Of a stretch of DNA of 64,000 bases, positions 13,866 to 28,241 are shown one piece after another (within the stretch, counting starts at the first letter, position 1; the number at the start of each line of letters is the position of its first letter). The stretch is from Setoptus koraiensis. Taxonomy: Eukaryota; Animalia; Arthropoda. The stretch covers positions 4,960,001-5,024,000 of the forward strand of contig CM106586.1 in assembly GCA_048013815.1 (NCBI GenBank), given 5' to 3'. The notes below the pieces were generated by a model. It had not been told where the DNA came from, made no database searches, and saw nothing but the letters and a program-made list of their open reading frames with translations. The position numbers and the translations under genes were made by a program.

Positions 13866-14183
13866 ATGTCCACTCAACTACCCATCTTGATTATTCTCTG
13901 TTTCATTATCATGCTAGCTGCAGTTTGCGTTCGAAGCCACGAATATACGGAGGCCGACGCGAAACTTGATCAGGCACTGAGAGATTCTCACGCTGGCGAG
14001 CTCATAAAAGTGTCAAAATTGTTGGAGGAACTGAAAAAAAGAACGGACAATGGGCGACACAGTTTGACTGAGGCAGATGAAAGGCAACTTATTAATTTGG
14101 AGGTGCGAAGAGATTATCTGAAATATGTTATAGAGCATATTGGCGAAAAATTAAAAATATCGGGACGCCTCACGAGTGAATAG
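13866..14183 (+). CDS. orphan small secreted helical protein (~105 aa), nested antisense in the 17-kb catulin intron
   Basis: ATG at 13866 is followed by a signal peptide (LPILIILCFIIMLAAVCVRS) and a charged amphipathic region. The frame is open back to ATG 13611 (190 aa alternative start). Confidence 0.55.
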   Translation: MSTQLPILIILCFIIMLAAVCVRSHEYTEADAKLDQALRDSHAGELIKVSKLLEELKKRTDNGRHSLTEADERQLINLEVRRDYLKYVIEHIGEKLKISGRLTSE

Positions 14184-16963
14184 TTTTATTGCAGTAGCAT
14201 TGTAACAATGAGCAGCAAAAATTGAATCATTTCATGCAATTTCAGAGATAAAAAGGACAGCAGGCCATAAGAGGCATCCGAAGAGCGAGTGATTCATCTT
14301 GATGGATTGCCTTTAAAGCTTGTCTGACGTGACCATTGAAGATGTGGCCAGAGTCGCGGCCCCAAGTGCGAATGGCAAAATAAGGTAATAGCGGTAGAGT
14401 AGTTGATAAAACAGTACCTGTCAACAATTGTTCGACAAAGCTGTTTGGCAACTTGGATAAGCTTTTATTGCTGTGCAAACATTAGCGAAATTTCGACAAA
14501 TACACGATACAAATATGCCTCACGAAGGTCAGATTTTCTTTGCTGAACTCGCAACGCTCGGGGCCAATTCGACGGGAGATCAATCGAATCTGTTGAGATG
14601 ACTGACTGCATTTTCAAAAATAAAAACCAACGCCAAACCAGTAACTTCCGCATCCCGAAGTTATGACTCATAACTTGTGAGAGATGACCCATCTCAGATG
14701 AGTAACCGAGCCCGAACCCGGGATTGTTCGTCGAACGGTCAAGCATTTTTGGGTTAGGTTCGGGCATCTCCGACTCGGGCCATGCACTAATTGTCGCACG
14801 CCAGAGGTAGACGCGCCAAAGAGGCCCACCGGTGGCAAGCTAGAAATTCACCGAACGATATCGAAGGTCGCCCCATCGACGCTTTCGATGATGCGATGAG
14901 ACGTGAGATCTGGGCGTTCTTTTGGGGCTTCTTCTCGGTGTGCGGGCGAGCTCATCTTCTGCTCGAGTCAATTTTTCGGCGCTATCTAGTCTGGCTCTGC
15001 CGACTGTAATAGAGACCAAATTGAACAACGATAACGACAGCCATTGAATTAGATGGAAAAAGGTTTGCTGATTGTCGTTGTCGCCGTTGTCGTCGTTGTA
15101 GTTGGACTTGGGCAGCCAGCGCTGCAAACCGGACCCAGAGAGTGAAGGGATCTAACTAGGCAGAGAGATCAGGTTAGACCAGATAAGATCAAACCAGATC
15201 GGATTGGCTCGAACGGGATCGGATTGTGTCGATTCGGATAAGATCGGACGGAATCAGATCGGACGGGCCGGGGGGAAGCCGAACAAGTGAGCCGGCACGA
15301 GCCGGTGAGGTCAGCCAATGTGCACCACCGAACAGACGATGGATTATGCAAGTGTGCGCTTGGAAATAACGGTATGACACAAATGGTCGGTCAGCAATAG
15401 CCCAGGGGCTATCACTCGGGCATCATCGCGGGCGAAGCTTGCTCGCTGGTGCCGGCGGCGGGCCGACATATCGGGCCGGCGCTGTGCCGGGCAAGTTTGA
15501 GTTGGCGAGGTGGCGCGGTTATTGGCGCGACCTCGCCAGCCGAGCGCGAGAAGCAATAAGTTATAAAACTAATAGCGCCGCCGAATGGTCCCGTGGAGCG
15601 TTAAATGGTCTGGCCAATGGCCTAAGCAGGTGCACGCTGGTGCAGGTGCACCAATTTACGGTTTATTTGGCTTCTTTCGATTCTCGGAAGCGGGCCCCGG
15701 CCGCTCTGTTGGCTGTGTCCAGGTGAGGTAAACAACGAGCACGGCGGCGCCGGCAGCGACAACAGCGGCACCCAGAGGCTCGGCCAGAGAACGATTTTAA
15801 ACTGGGCAAGCCCGATAATTTCGGGCCCGAAAGTGCTGGGCGGCCGCTCGGGGGAGCCACGGCAGAGTTTATCTGACCCGTTTCGTGACTCGCCGTCGCT
15901 TCTGCACTACACATTCTGCAGTGCAGAATCTGTGGTTGTCGTTGTTTTTCTTCAAAATTGCCACCGTGGCCACTGTTTCTGGCATGCCAGACGGGCGCTA
16001 TTACTGATTGTGGGCTTGCACGAAACTTGTGCGAAACGGGCCGGCGCCCGTTTATGGGCCCGGCTGTACCGGTAAGCGGCCCGTTAATAGTGGTCATAAC
16101 GCGGGCGCGCGCGCGCGCTTCTGAGCAATCTCCGCTCGGGTTGCTCAGCGCTGAAAATGAATTCCGTCCGGCTGCTTATCTGGCGTTTGCATCAACGTGA
16201 CGCGCCAGCGTCAATTCGACATTCGGGCATCGCGCGCGGCACCAAAGTGGCCCGGCACTGGCTCGGATTTTGCGCTGTCAACTACAAAGTATCTCGCGCT
16301 GCGAAAACACTTGGCCGCTTCCAAATTTCGGCCGGGCTGCGCACAGTGCATCCAAATAATAATAATAATCAAGCAGATATGTATCAAGCTGGCCAAGCCA
16401 TTGTGCAATAGCCACGGCTCACCTGCACAATGGCCGCACAATGGCCGGCGAGCCGCGCCGCGATACAAACCAAACAACGCGATACAAACAATGGCAGCTG
16501 GCCGGCCAGCGGGCCGGTTTAGCTGGCGAGCTCGGCGTAGCTGTCTAACTGATTAGACCGGGCTCATGTTAAGTGGTGCAAACACTGCAAAACACCCACG
16601 CGTGCCATTGTTGTTTGCGCTTGTTATACCGGCCAGCAGCAGCAACGGCAACAACAACGGCAACAACAGCAGCAACAACGTCACCGAAATGAGCGAACGA
16701 GCCGGCGAACGAAGATGGCGCAAACGTTCGCTGGCAAGACGAGCCGCTGACCAGCGCGACCGTTCTCTAAATTCAACAATGCCCGCACCGCGTATTGTCT
16801 GTGCCGGCCAGCGGGCCGTTATCTGAGGGAGTGTGCGTGTGTCACTTATCTGTTACCTGTGTTGGCGGGGTACCTGGGCACGCGTTAGTGTGGTCCATTC
16901 ATGTATGCACGTCCGGTTAATTTGAGCCGCGCGCAACCGGCAGCCCGATAGCCGCTGCCCGCT

Positions 16964-17045
16964 ACCGAATGCACCGAATGCACCGAATGCACCGAATGCA
17001 CCGAACGCACCGAACGCACCGAGCACACCAAATACACCGAATACA
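16964..17045. repeat. 9-bp tandem repeat (CACCGAATG)n
   Basis: About 8 progressively degenerate units. Confidence 0.85.
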
Positions 17046-20000
17046 CGAGCCGATGCTCGCAGTCCGATTGCGCCCAGTTGGGCGCCGTCTTGGCCATTGT
17101 TGCGCGCTGGTCACACTTGACTACTCGCCTGATGGCAAGCTCGCTGTTGCGCAATACTCTCTGATTTTGTTAACGAGACACCGACTCCGGCAGCGCCAGT
17201 CTCCCAAAGACGCCTCGCGCTCTGCTCTGACAATTTGCCACGAGCGCATCACTGCTCGCCCCAATCTGGGCCACTCTCCCGTCGCCGAGTCTCAAACTTG
17301 CCAGGGGCCCCCAGCTACTAGCTAGTGGCTAGTGACTGGTGGCTAGTACCTAGTACCTAGTAAACTACTAGCTGGTAGCTAGAGGCCGCTGGCACCTTTC
17401 CGATCGGCCGCTGACGCTCGCCTAAACGGTAGAAAAACTGTCCTTGTGACGAGAGATAAGTGGCCCGACAAACGACACGATGATTCAATCATTTCGATCT
17501 CCATGCCGAATCGCCCGCGCCAACGGCCCCATCACTGATGAGTCATTAGGCTCATTCCGGCTGCATGTGACTGTTACGGCCGCCACGATCATATTTCAGA
17601 TCCGTTTGCCGTTTGCCAGGGATCCATTGTCTGTTTTCACAAGTATGATGCCAATTATTCGCCGAAATCAACGCAATCGACGGAATTTGGTTTAGTTCTA
17701 AACCAACCAATCAGCCGATCTGGGCAACGGCCGAAGGGACCATATGGGCGCGAACGAAAAATCGAAAACTGATCGACCGAAAAAAACTGAAAGAAACTCG
17801 GCATCGCATGGGGGCCAGCTTCGATCGGCGTTTGGCCTACTCCATTAGATTTCGGCGCCGGCAGCTTTGAGACGGCCGGGCTAATGGCTTCGGATTCTGA
17901 GGTTCACACAGCAAAGTCCCGACTTGGCATCAAATAAAACCGGTATAAACTCAATTAGCGACTTTTCGCAAAATGGGCCCGAAATTTGTAAGTTTGGCCA
18001 ATTTGCCAGCTAGTGGCAGTTTTGTGATGTATAAGTGCACCATCGGTGCATTGTAATGCCGATAAAAGCTGATACTAATGTTAGCCACCAGAGAGCTCGA
18101 TTGGATTGCACTTGTGAGCTTTCGGTCGGGTTGATTGCCCACGAGGCCGACAAACGTGCGATACCTATAGTGCACATTTCTAGCGAAAAGATTATTAGGA
18201 GTAGAGAACGCAAACAGTTTGTTTTCGTCGTTGTTGTTGTTGTTGTTGTTGTCGGAGATGCAGATCAGTAGATTTGAAATGAATGCTGCGGACGATGCCA
18301 ATACCGGCCACGGGATTAAGAGGGCGCCTCAAGAGAGCGCCCTCCCCCTCGCCCCCGAATCGAGCAAATTCGTATTAGAATCTCATTAGCAGAAGGAGCC
18401 AAAAGGCGCGGCCTCCATCGAATGGGGCCGCGTCGAATCTCGTTAACGGCGGGGGTGGCACCCATGCATCTGTGAGTGCGCGTGCCTGCCGAACAGTGCC
18501 CATCCATCGATGTAGGTCACTGAGGTAGCTCGTATCGTTTCGCGAGATTTCGCCCCATCAACGGGGCCAACGAGAACGTGCCGCTCGGCAGACCTGTCTG
18601 AGCCGCACCGAAGTGAACGAGCAAATAAAACAAAATAACAGTGCGCAGCACCCAGGCGGCTCGTATATGTAGTTGCTGCATATATTTGGGGGCTCGGTAT
18701 GGATATTCATGATGAATAACTGTTCCCAGTGGGAATTTCCCAACGCTCGACGGTCGCTCAATCCATATTCATCTATGGATTCGGCGAGATATCCGTTGCG
18801 GTACAGTTGCGAATCAATAGCGGCAACAAAATCGGTGTTCGAAAACGCCAGAGCCGGTTCTCGTAAGTTCCAAACGTCGGATTTGTCGGCTTCTTCGTGG
18901 ATGCGAGTCGAAATCTGCTATTGAGGTCATCTAGGTCATTTTTCTGTGGAAATATTAAATTCAAAAATCGATGCACTTCATCAATATGCGGATCGAAATA
19001 TCATATTCAGCCATTCATGAAAACAACCGAAAAAATATTTTTAGGCTCTTATTTTAGAATATACCGATAGTCGTTTTTTCGGTCGAAACGATCAGTGCAT
19101 GAAAGACAAATTCAGGTACGTTTGATGTAAAAATAAAAATATCTGAGCTACCGCTCTACCAGAAAAATTTCCATTTGGAACCGAATTCTTTGCTCCGTTT
19201 TATCGTGAGCTTTAATATTTTCATCATCGGGATGACCACACCAATCAACGATCTAATCTTTATCCGATTTTGTCATTTTAACTTCCATATTGATCCATCA
19301 TTATTTTATTTATCAGCCGAGAGTGCCGTTGCTCTTAACGTACACGAGTGGACTGAAAACCGAAATCTGAAGAGACAACTCAAGAAAATAAGATAAAAAT
19401 AAAGAAATAAGAAAATAAGGAGTAAACTGCCAGGGCGAGAATCACAAGGTCTCGTGCTCGACAATCAGAGGCGAATTCATCTTTATCACGAGGCTAGGGT
19501 TTCGTTGTTTTGAACTCGGCTGTTCTGATCCGCTCTGCGAGCGGGGAGAAAAACTCAAAATGACCCGTGAAAATCCAAGTCTTTCCAAAAATAAAGAGAA
19601 TGATGAGTACAATTTTTGCGAACGAAACCAGAAACACAGTGATAACTAGGATCTAACTGACGGATATCCATCCTTTTCGGGGGACGATGCACGTCCATGG
19701 TTGATGTGGATATCGGTGGATATCAGCGTGTTATATGAGCTCGTTACATGGAGCCGGCGTTATATGGCCGTCGCACATTACAGTTATACATGGTGCGTGA
19801 TATTGGGGTACGTGTAAGCACTTGAGTGTGTGTCGATAATCCCCGGCGTTGTAAGACTAGCTTGGGCATTCTCTCGCGCTACTCATGTGTGTCTAAAACC
19901 TAGACTCGCGACTTGCAAATCGGGACTCGATTTTCGCGACTCGCAACTCGCGACTCGCGAATAGAGACTCGCGACTCGCGAATAGAGACTCGAGACTCGG

Positions 20001-21639
20001 GAATGTTATGCAAGTCGCGCCAGTATCGCACCGCCAGTGTGTGCTATTAACGACACCCAGTTACATAACACGAATATGCTGTGCTGATGCTGGCGGGCCC
20101 GTTGTGCACCTCGTTGTGAGCTGTGTCCGAGTGCGGCGCCCAGATCCTATCAGGGGCGCCACTTGTGCCTCGGCGTCGCTGGCAATCCAATTTGAATCGA
20201 CAATTGAGAATCGGTGTCGCGGTGGCGGTTGCTGTTGCGGGCGCCGTTAGTTTGCGTTGTTGTTGTCGGTGGTTGTCGGTTGCTGTCGGTTGTTGGCGGT
20301 TGTTAGTGGTGCACGAGTAGCGCCGTTGTTCTCACTGTGGTTGTTGCTTTTGTTGTTGTTTGTAGTCGGCACTTTGGTGCAGTTGTTGCCGTCGCGATGT
20401 TGTCGCCGTATAGGTTGCCACCAGCTATTGGAGGGCGCCACCAGCAGCGGCAACAGCAACAACAACAATGACTACAAGATCATTAGGAGCCGCTAAACAA
20501 TGATGATACGCATACTATATTGCACACTACATCGCATACTACATCGCATACTATATTGCGCATATTGCCGTCGCGTCGCCACGGTCGCTATGCTCGCGGG
20601 CTGGCCGGCGAGCCGGCCGTTCGCGCACTTACTCGAGATCAGCGACTGGAGGGCCATTGATGTCCCCTCAAGCCGCTGATCTCGAGTAAGTGCGCCCATC
20701 TATTCACGCTCTCGAGACTCTCGAAGGGGCCCCAAAACAATCTTGGCGTCGCGTGCGTGCTCCAGAGTTGCTTGGGAGTCTCGGGCTGCGGGCCCGCTCG
20801 TTGGCTCGCTGTGGGCCCGCTCTGTACTCACAAACTGGCTAACTGGCACTAGAGCAAACACTCAACTTTTCGCAAATCATCATTTCGATTTTAGAGATTT
20901 GTTTTGGCCCGGCCGCCGGCTCGCGGCTCGTCGCTCGGCTGCTGGGCCCGTCGCTCGGCGGCGGCTCGTTGGCAGTTTATTGGCAGCTATTTGGGGGCCC
21001 GCTTGTTATGTAACACGCTGGCGGACGGACGTGGACTCTCCGGCGGACTGACGGCGACTCGCCGGCGGATAGTTGGCAGCCAGCGAGATATGCCCGCGAT
21101 CGACAGACTCGAGACTCGAGATGAGCCCTTGTGCGGGGCCAGCCTGTCACTGGCTGCGACAAACAACCGGCCAGGTCGCGCGAAATCGTTTAATGGCGCC
21201 ACTCTCGAGGCACAGCCAGCGACAAGCCGGCAGCAGCAACATTTATCCAGTGAGGCTAGTTATATCCAGTTGCGTCATAAGCGCCACTCTCAAGTGGAGC
21301 CAGCATCTCGAGTTGTCGTCGTCGTCGTCGTGCACGGATAATAAGTGCCCGCAGCCAGCGAGCCGGCCAGTCGGCCAGCCAGCCAGTCACGCAGACAGGT
21401 GAGCTGCTGCTCGGGTCGCTCTGGGCAGCCAGTGGGGCCGCACCGAGCTTAGGGCTTATCTTGGGCTTAGCTCTGGCGCGCGGAGCCCCATTCTGGCCGC
21501 CCTTGGTGCTGGCAAGAGACTCAGACAGCGACGGAGCCCCCTGCCAAATGGAGCCCATCGATCGGCTCTGTTTGGCAGTTGTGGCGCCACTGGCGAGCGT
21601 CTCGAGCGTCCGAATTTGGCGGCCTCTGCGATGCGGCCG

Positions 21640-21725
21640 CCAAAATGGTCGCCGACGATGCCGCCGAAATGGCTGCCGACGATGCTGCCAAAATGGCCGC
21701 CGACGATGCTGCCAAGATGACGGCC
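21640..21725. repeat. 24-bp tandem repeat (ATGGCCGCCGACGATGCTGCCAAA-like)
   Basis: About 3.5 units. Confidence 0.75.
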
Positions 21726-23204
21726 GCTTGCGCCCAATTGTGCGCGGCACGCGGTCGGTGTGTCGGATGCTCGCTCGTGCGGCATTAGTCTAGACATCGG
21801 CTGATTATGCCTGATTATTAGTGAGGCGAGTATCTTATTGTGCGACTCAACAACAACCGACCTGCCACAACGAAGGCCGCGTCCGGTCACGTCCGCCGCC
21901 CGTGGCACGAGCGCCACGTTCGGCCAGGTACCGCAACTGACTGTGCCGGTGAAAAATCTCATCTCATCTCGTCTCATCTCGGATGTGAGGCTCGCTCGCT
22001 CGGCTGGAGCTGATTGCAAATTGCGGATCGCTAATTGCGGTCAGTGCCGGTTATGCCGGCACCCGGCCCGTTGTGCCGCCGCACCGGCCCGAACACTGAG
22101 CACGGCAGCCCGGTTGCCCGGTTGCAGAGGAGGTGCCAATATCGCCGGCCAGTGCCAGACGTGATCGACATGTGATGTGATTGCGCGTGGGCGCAAGTGA
22201 CAATTGGACGCTGAAATGAGTGTCGCCCGTCGCCGATAATAATGATAATGTCAGCGGGACGAGCGATCATTACGAGCGCCCATTGTCTGTGGTCATTGTG
22301 GGCCCCACAAGCGAGCCAAGACATCGCCGGCCGCACAGATTGTATTTCAGGCGTATACGCGCGGCCGTAACGGTCATGTCTGGCCGCCGCCGTCAGTGGG
22401 GCCGCTGCTCTTCGAATCTCGCAGCCTCTGTGAGCCCCACAGTCGCGGGCCCAACACACAGTCGCGAGCCCGCGCCAGCAAATGACGCGGCACAGGCCGG
22501 CGGCGACGCAACGGCAATATCCAGGCGAAATATGATTTTAATTTATTTATTTATAGTGACGAGCTTGCGCGTCGTCGATTGTGCGGCCGGCGCTTGGCCG
22601 AACAGAATGTCGCCAACAGTGGCCAACGGTCGCCAGCAGTATCCCCCAATCAACAATCTCGAGCTGCTCACTTGTGGGGCCGCCGCCTTTCACTATATTT
22701 CACTATTCGACAAAAAGAACCGGCTCGCTTCGCTTGCGAACACGAGATTTGCTGTGCGAGCGACTTGCGGCGCTTCGACGACTGGTGTAATTGGCCCCAC
22801 ATTGCATTACATAATGTGCCCCGTAATGGCGCTCACTGTTCGAGGGCCAGTTTGAGCGAGTGCCAGTCTGAGCGAGCGCCAGCGCGCATTTGTGCGAGCG
22901 GGGCCCCGCCAGCCGCGAGTATGCGACTCGCTTCGACAGCGGGCTCCATCTTGGCCTCAATACAGCGGCACAAGTGGCGCCCCAGTGTTGCCTTGCATAC
23001 TGCACACTGTGCACGCTGCGGCCCGCTCTCGAACTTGAGCCGGCCCCAAACTTGGCGGCGCTGGCGACGCGACCAGACCGACCACTTGGCCGAAGTAATA
23101 ATGTGTGTGTGTGTGTGTGTGTGTCGAATTAGTCTGACAAGCCTCATTGTATGTCTGGCCGTCCACTATATTTCACCATCGGCCATCGCCGCGGCCACTA
23201 TCGG

Positions 23205-23275
23205 CCGCTGATGACCGCTGATGGCCGCCGCTGGCCGCTGATGGCCGCCGCTGGCCGCTGATGGCCGCTGATGGC
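23205..23275. repeat. 10/20-bp tandem repeat (TGGCCGCTGA/TGGCCGCCGC)
   Basis: Seen directly. Confidence 0.8.
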
Positions 23276-26200
23276 TACCGGCTATTGGGGCCCAGCCACC
23301 AGCCACCGGCTACTGGGGCCCGGCCACCGAGGGCCTCGCTAAGCTGAGCTGAGCCGAGCCGAGCCGAGAGAAGGCGACCTGTCAAAGTCGATAACGCGCA
23401 ACACAATTTTATAGTGCGCCGCGCTCGTCGTCCCGCGCCAGTTATGTAACTTTTGTGAGCCATGCCAACGGTGTGTGTGTGTGTGTGTGTGTGTGTGCGC
23501 ATTACGCAACGCGGGGCCAGCAGCAGTGTGTGATAGATGACGACTGTCCGTGCACATTGTCCGCCAGGGGTATGTGTGTTGCGGGCACAAACAAGTTGAC
23601 AGGTTGCGCGAGTGTGTCAACATCGCTCCGCGACAACACTCCGCTCCGCACTCTGGCGCGAATGGGGCCGCCCCTTTGGCGCCCCATTGGCCGGCCGACT
23701 GACCACTACGCGCGCACACACGCACGCACACTGGCCCCAAATAACGGCCAGCAAATAAGGGCGAAAAAACGAGCTTGCCAAGACAGCTTATCCATTAGCC
23801 CGGTCGGCAGTCATGACGCAAGCGAGCAGCCCTCTGGCGAGCGGGCTCCCCTCTGGTTTGGCCAGAGGCCGCCAGAGTGCCTGTCATGCGTGCCACGTTA
23901 CTTGTTAGCGAGGGGCGCCCCCTCAGAGCCGGCAAGCGAGCCGCGCTGTCAAACGCTAACTGACAAACAAAGGCCAAAACACCAATATTGGCCGCCAACT
24001 GTCGCGGGCGCTTAAAAAATAGACTTACGCAATAAAAGTGTCGCTCGCTGTGTCGTGTCCAGTCCGTCTGACACACTGACAGTGGCCGCCGCTGACAGCG
24101 CGCCAAGCGAGTCAGCTGTCAGCTGACGGACGGAGTGACAGAGCCGGCGGCAGCGCGTGCCACACAATATATTGAATATATTATAATATAATACGAGTAT
24201 GAATATTGACCGTCACCGACAGCGACGACAGCGCCAGCCATAAGTCGCGGCGGCCACAATCAACAGTTAAGGCTCATTGTGTGCACGTGTTGTCGCATAT
24301 TCGGGGCCCCAAATTGCGAGCATGACACACGACAAACACATAGTAACAAGAGCGGGCCAAATAATTGCGCCGAATCGACCCTGTGACACCTTCATTGTGC
24401 TCGACGGGGCCAGAATTGTACTCGATGGGGCCCCAAGTGCCCGAAAAAGCCCGCCGGCCTCGTGGTCGATGGGTCGTCGAGCAACAATTAATTATTGTGC
24501 CGGCGAGCGACAATTGCCGCTCGGGCAAAGTGAAATAAGTGACCGCTGGGCCGACTGCTCAATTGTGGCGACTCGCGAGCGCCTCTGCGCGCAATTTCCC
24601 TGCCAGCGCGCCGCTTGGTACCGGCGGTGTGGTACCGCGGAGGGCCCGTTCGCGACAACTGAAACCGTCGGAACAATTGCAAACGAGTGACAATGGGACA
24701 GACGGAGCGAGGGAATGTTTCGCGACTCGTCATGTCGTCGCTCGTTGTTTCTGGCGGCCCGTCGCTGACAATGCGGCCCGAGCGCGCGCCCCGAAGCCGC
24801 GTTGATGGCATTAAATTTAATTTCTTCTTGCGCCGTCACTTATTTCACTTTGTTGTCGGCGCTCTCGCTCGGTCGCTGTCGCCGCTCTCGGCCGGTTGTC
24901 GCCGGTGCCGCTGTTGTCCGACGCGGCCCTGTCACGGTCGATATAACCGGTCGCATGCGAGCCGAACATGATATTATTGTCGTTGATGCGGACGCGAGCG
25001 CAACCAGCGGCGCCCCAATCCGCGCGAAACTGCCTCAACTGGGCGCCTCTTTTGTGCGTGTGTGTGTCACGACAGCGTCGCGGGCCGCGTTCGCCAGCGC
25101 GGGCCAGCCCGCGCGGAAGGCGCCCCATTCGAAATCATCTTTTTAATCTAACGCTCTTCAATTTATCTTCTTTTCTGGGGCCTCTTGTTCGCGTCAAGAT
25201 AAAAGCGGGCGCTCGCCGTGTGCACTCTTCCTGGTGTCTCGCTCTCTGATGACTGTCGCGCCAAAAGTAGTCACCGGAATGAGAGGCGCGTCGCCGCAAG
25301 GAATCACTTTTGCGCTGCGGCGACCGGGGCGACGCGACGCCCAGCCGAAATTTGTAGCTCGCCTGTTAATAACACAGGCCCGCGTTATCTGGCTGGCGGC
25401 CGCGCGATCTCATCTCACAATCTGGCTCGCCACCGTGCGCCATGGCGGGCCCGCGAGCTGCCACGCGATCCCGCAACAAGATCTTTCGCGCGGGCCGGCC
25501 CACGCTCTCACAGCCTGTGAGTCACAGGCTCAGGTAAACGAGATTAGTGGCCTTCGGAATGGCGACTCGCTGGCCGGCACGCTAGCCAGCCCGCCCGCCC
25601 GCCAGCCAGTGATGTGAATGGGGCCCGCTAATCACCGCTCGCTATGCGCGCTATTAACAGTGCTGATATTCTGGCAACAGCGCCCTCGCACTGAATATCA
25701 GCGTGCCAATTTCACACACAACTGATTGAGGCGACGCGCCACTTCCGGTCTTGAGAGAACGCACACACCGAAAGAATACAGCACACGCAGATACACAATG
25801 GGCTCGGCCACTTATCGCGACCATCACAACGAGCTGACGCGAATGAGCGTCGGCATTGCGAAATCGCAATGGATATTGCGCCTGTCCGTACACATAATAA
25901 TCACACCCGGCGCCTCGTCTAGCCGGCTAGACGGGGCACCGTGCCCACAGCGCGCGCTACGCTGGCAGGCGGGGCATTTTGATTGTCGTTGACGCATTAT
26001 GCAAGAGTCGAAATTGAGCATTCACATTGGAGCGTCGTCGTAATGCTCGCTGTTTGTGTTGCAAATAATATTTTTATTTTTATCTCATTTTCGAGCCATT
26101 GCACATGCAAGAGACGACAACGATTACGGGCAGGCACACGCACACTTGCGCCGCCAGGTGAACGGGCCCCATTCAGCGAAATTCAGAGTTAATGTAACAG

Positions 26201-27593
26201 CTTCACACTCAGTTGGGCCGCTCAATCGCGGCCGGGCGAGCTTTAATTTTGCATTTTTCCATTATTATCAGGCTGGCGGGTGCAAGTGCACCGCGGCGAC
26301 GACGACGACGACGACGAACGCGCACACGTACTGAGAGAGGACGCATGACCGCATAACGGCAAGCGAGCTGGCACCGCGGGCCGGCTCATTTGCGCCCCCG
26401 TTTAGCTTCTGGTGCCCGTCGGCTGGCTGCGCTGCGCAAAGCAACGCGGCTCGGCTCGGGCTGGCGACCGAACGGAAGCCGCAGTTTTTCGTCCCTCTTC
26501 TCGGCCTCGTTCTTTTCTGGTTTTCCTCTTCGAGCGCGACCTGTTTGTTTCGCTGGCGGGCCCGCTCCGGCGTTCGCCCATTCGTTTGCTCGCTGTTCAT
26601 TGGCTCGCGCCTCGGCTCGCTCTTAGTTGGCTCGCTCTTCGTTGCCTGTTCGTTTCGGGGACGGTTCGTGTGTCGCAAGCGACTCGCAGCCACCACGCTA
26701 ATGTCGCCCGCCGCTGCTGGCCCGAAGGTTGGGGCCCGAACACATGTTCGCCCGTGACGAGAGACACGCGCAGACGGCGCCCACCAGCCAGCCAGCCAGC
26801 ATGTTTGCGTATCGGTATAATAAGAATAAGAAGAATGTATATATAAACTCAAACAGAGCGAGCGTTATAAATAGAACGGGGCCCTTCGAAGGCACGCCAG
26901 CCAGCCAGCAGCCGGCCGCCAGCCAGGCTGTGTCAACAGCGCGTGGGCCTCTCGAGCCTCATGCCTGAGAACACACTCACAGCCAGTCGCGAGTTGATGC
27001 CGCTGTTGTTGTTGCTGCCGCCGCCACTGTTATTGTTGCGTAACAGAAACAACAACATATACTACAATAACGCCAGCCAGAGCTGACGCGCGAACTTAAA
27101 TTTATCTCGACATACTGGCGCGACATGATGATTGCATCACAATGTTGCTGCCACGAGCGACATTGTGTGTCGCCGTGGCAGCGGCCCATTCCTGGTGCAG
27201 TGCGCGAGAAGTGAATGAGGATTACGCAACTATTTTCGGTCATGAAAGAAATCATGCACCGCCGACCGAACACCGCCGCACCGAGTGTACGTGATATGGC
27301 ACTGAAAGAAAATATCGGCTAACAGTTGTTTGAAATTTCGCCACTAATACTTGTAATGGACTCGTCTCTCGCGTCTATCACAAACACCGGCCAGACATGA
27401 CAGAATGTATCAGACAGTTTAGAAGCACACAACGACAACAATGGGCCCGGCAAGTTGCAATTCGCGGCAAAATGGCAGCCAAATAACTGGCCAAAAGAGG
27501 CCCTTTGTTTCTTCTTGCTCGGCGTGCTCGTGCTCGTGCTGGAATGGTGAACAAGTTTCGTTTTGTCCGCTACTTTTTATCGCCACTACTCAC

Positions 27594-28070
27594 CCTGTCC
27601 TTGCATTGTAACATTTGTTTAACCACGATGGAATCTGTCAGAAACAATATTTTGCCAATAGAGGACACTAGCGACTTTGAGGCTCGTATTAGGGCTAGTC
27701 TGTTTGAGTAACTGAATTGCTGTTGTTGATTTAGGCTCAATTGCTGCTGGTAATAGTGATGATGTTGCTGCCGGTGAGCGATGCCGCTGGCTTGACTAAC
27801 TTGACTATGCTGTACATGGTGCTGCAGTTGTGGCGGCGGCGGCGGCGGCGGCTGTTGTCTTGCTTGGTGCAATTGAGATAACCTAGTAGATTGGATAAAT
27901 TGATTTTGTTGTTGGTTCTGTTTGCTGGCCAATTGACGTAAATGATCTATTAATTTTATAGAGCTTCTGGCCTCTTTGCAGGCGTCATATATTTCATTTC
28001 TGATGGCCAGATTGTCGTCGCCAATGCCCTGTGCCACGTTCAAGAATTGCTCAACGGTGCTGACGTTGAT
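27594..28070 (-). CDS. CTNNAL1: alpha-catulin-like exon (INVSTVEQFLNVAQGI...IVVKQMLQCKDR) with polyQ/P insertion
   Basis: Acceptor CTAAC...ACGCAG|ATC and donor AGG|GTGAGT, 477 nt, phase 0/0. EIYDACKEAR and LIRASKSLVSSIGKILFLTDSIVVKQ match the remembered alpha-catulin EINIACIEAK and VIKAARLLLSSVTKVLLLADRVVIKQ. Confidence 0.85.
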
Positions 28071-28241
28071 CTGCGTTGACGTGATGATGTTAGCCAGTGT
28101 ACAATTTTTCATTATTATTATTTTTTTTTTGTTTTCGTGAAAAAAAAATTTCAAAAAGATTAGCAACGCGTTAATACGATGTATGTATTTACACAGATAT
28201 GATTCGGTTTGGCACGAGCTACCATCGCACGGTCTACTCAC

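Noticed and set aside
14465-14680. Possible additional small secreted ORF on the minus strand
   Set aside because: Weak signal peptide and no supporting features.
15000-27500. Many overlapping 60-210 aa ORFs
   Set aside because: Arg/Ala/Pro-rich products of GC-rich noncoding DNA, present in all frames, with no domain motifs.
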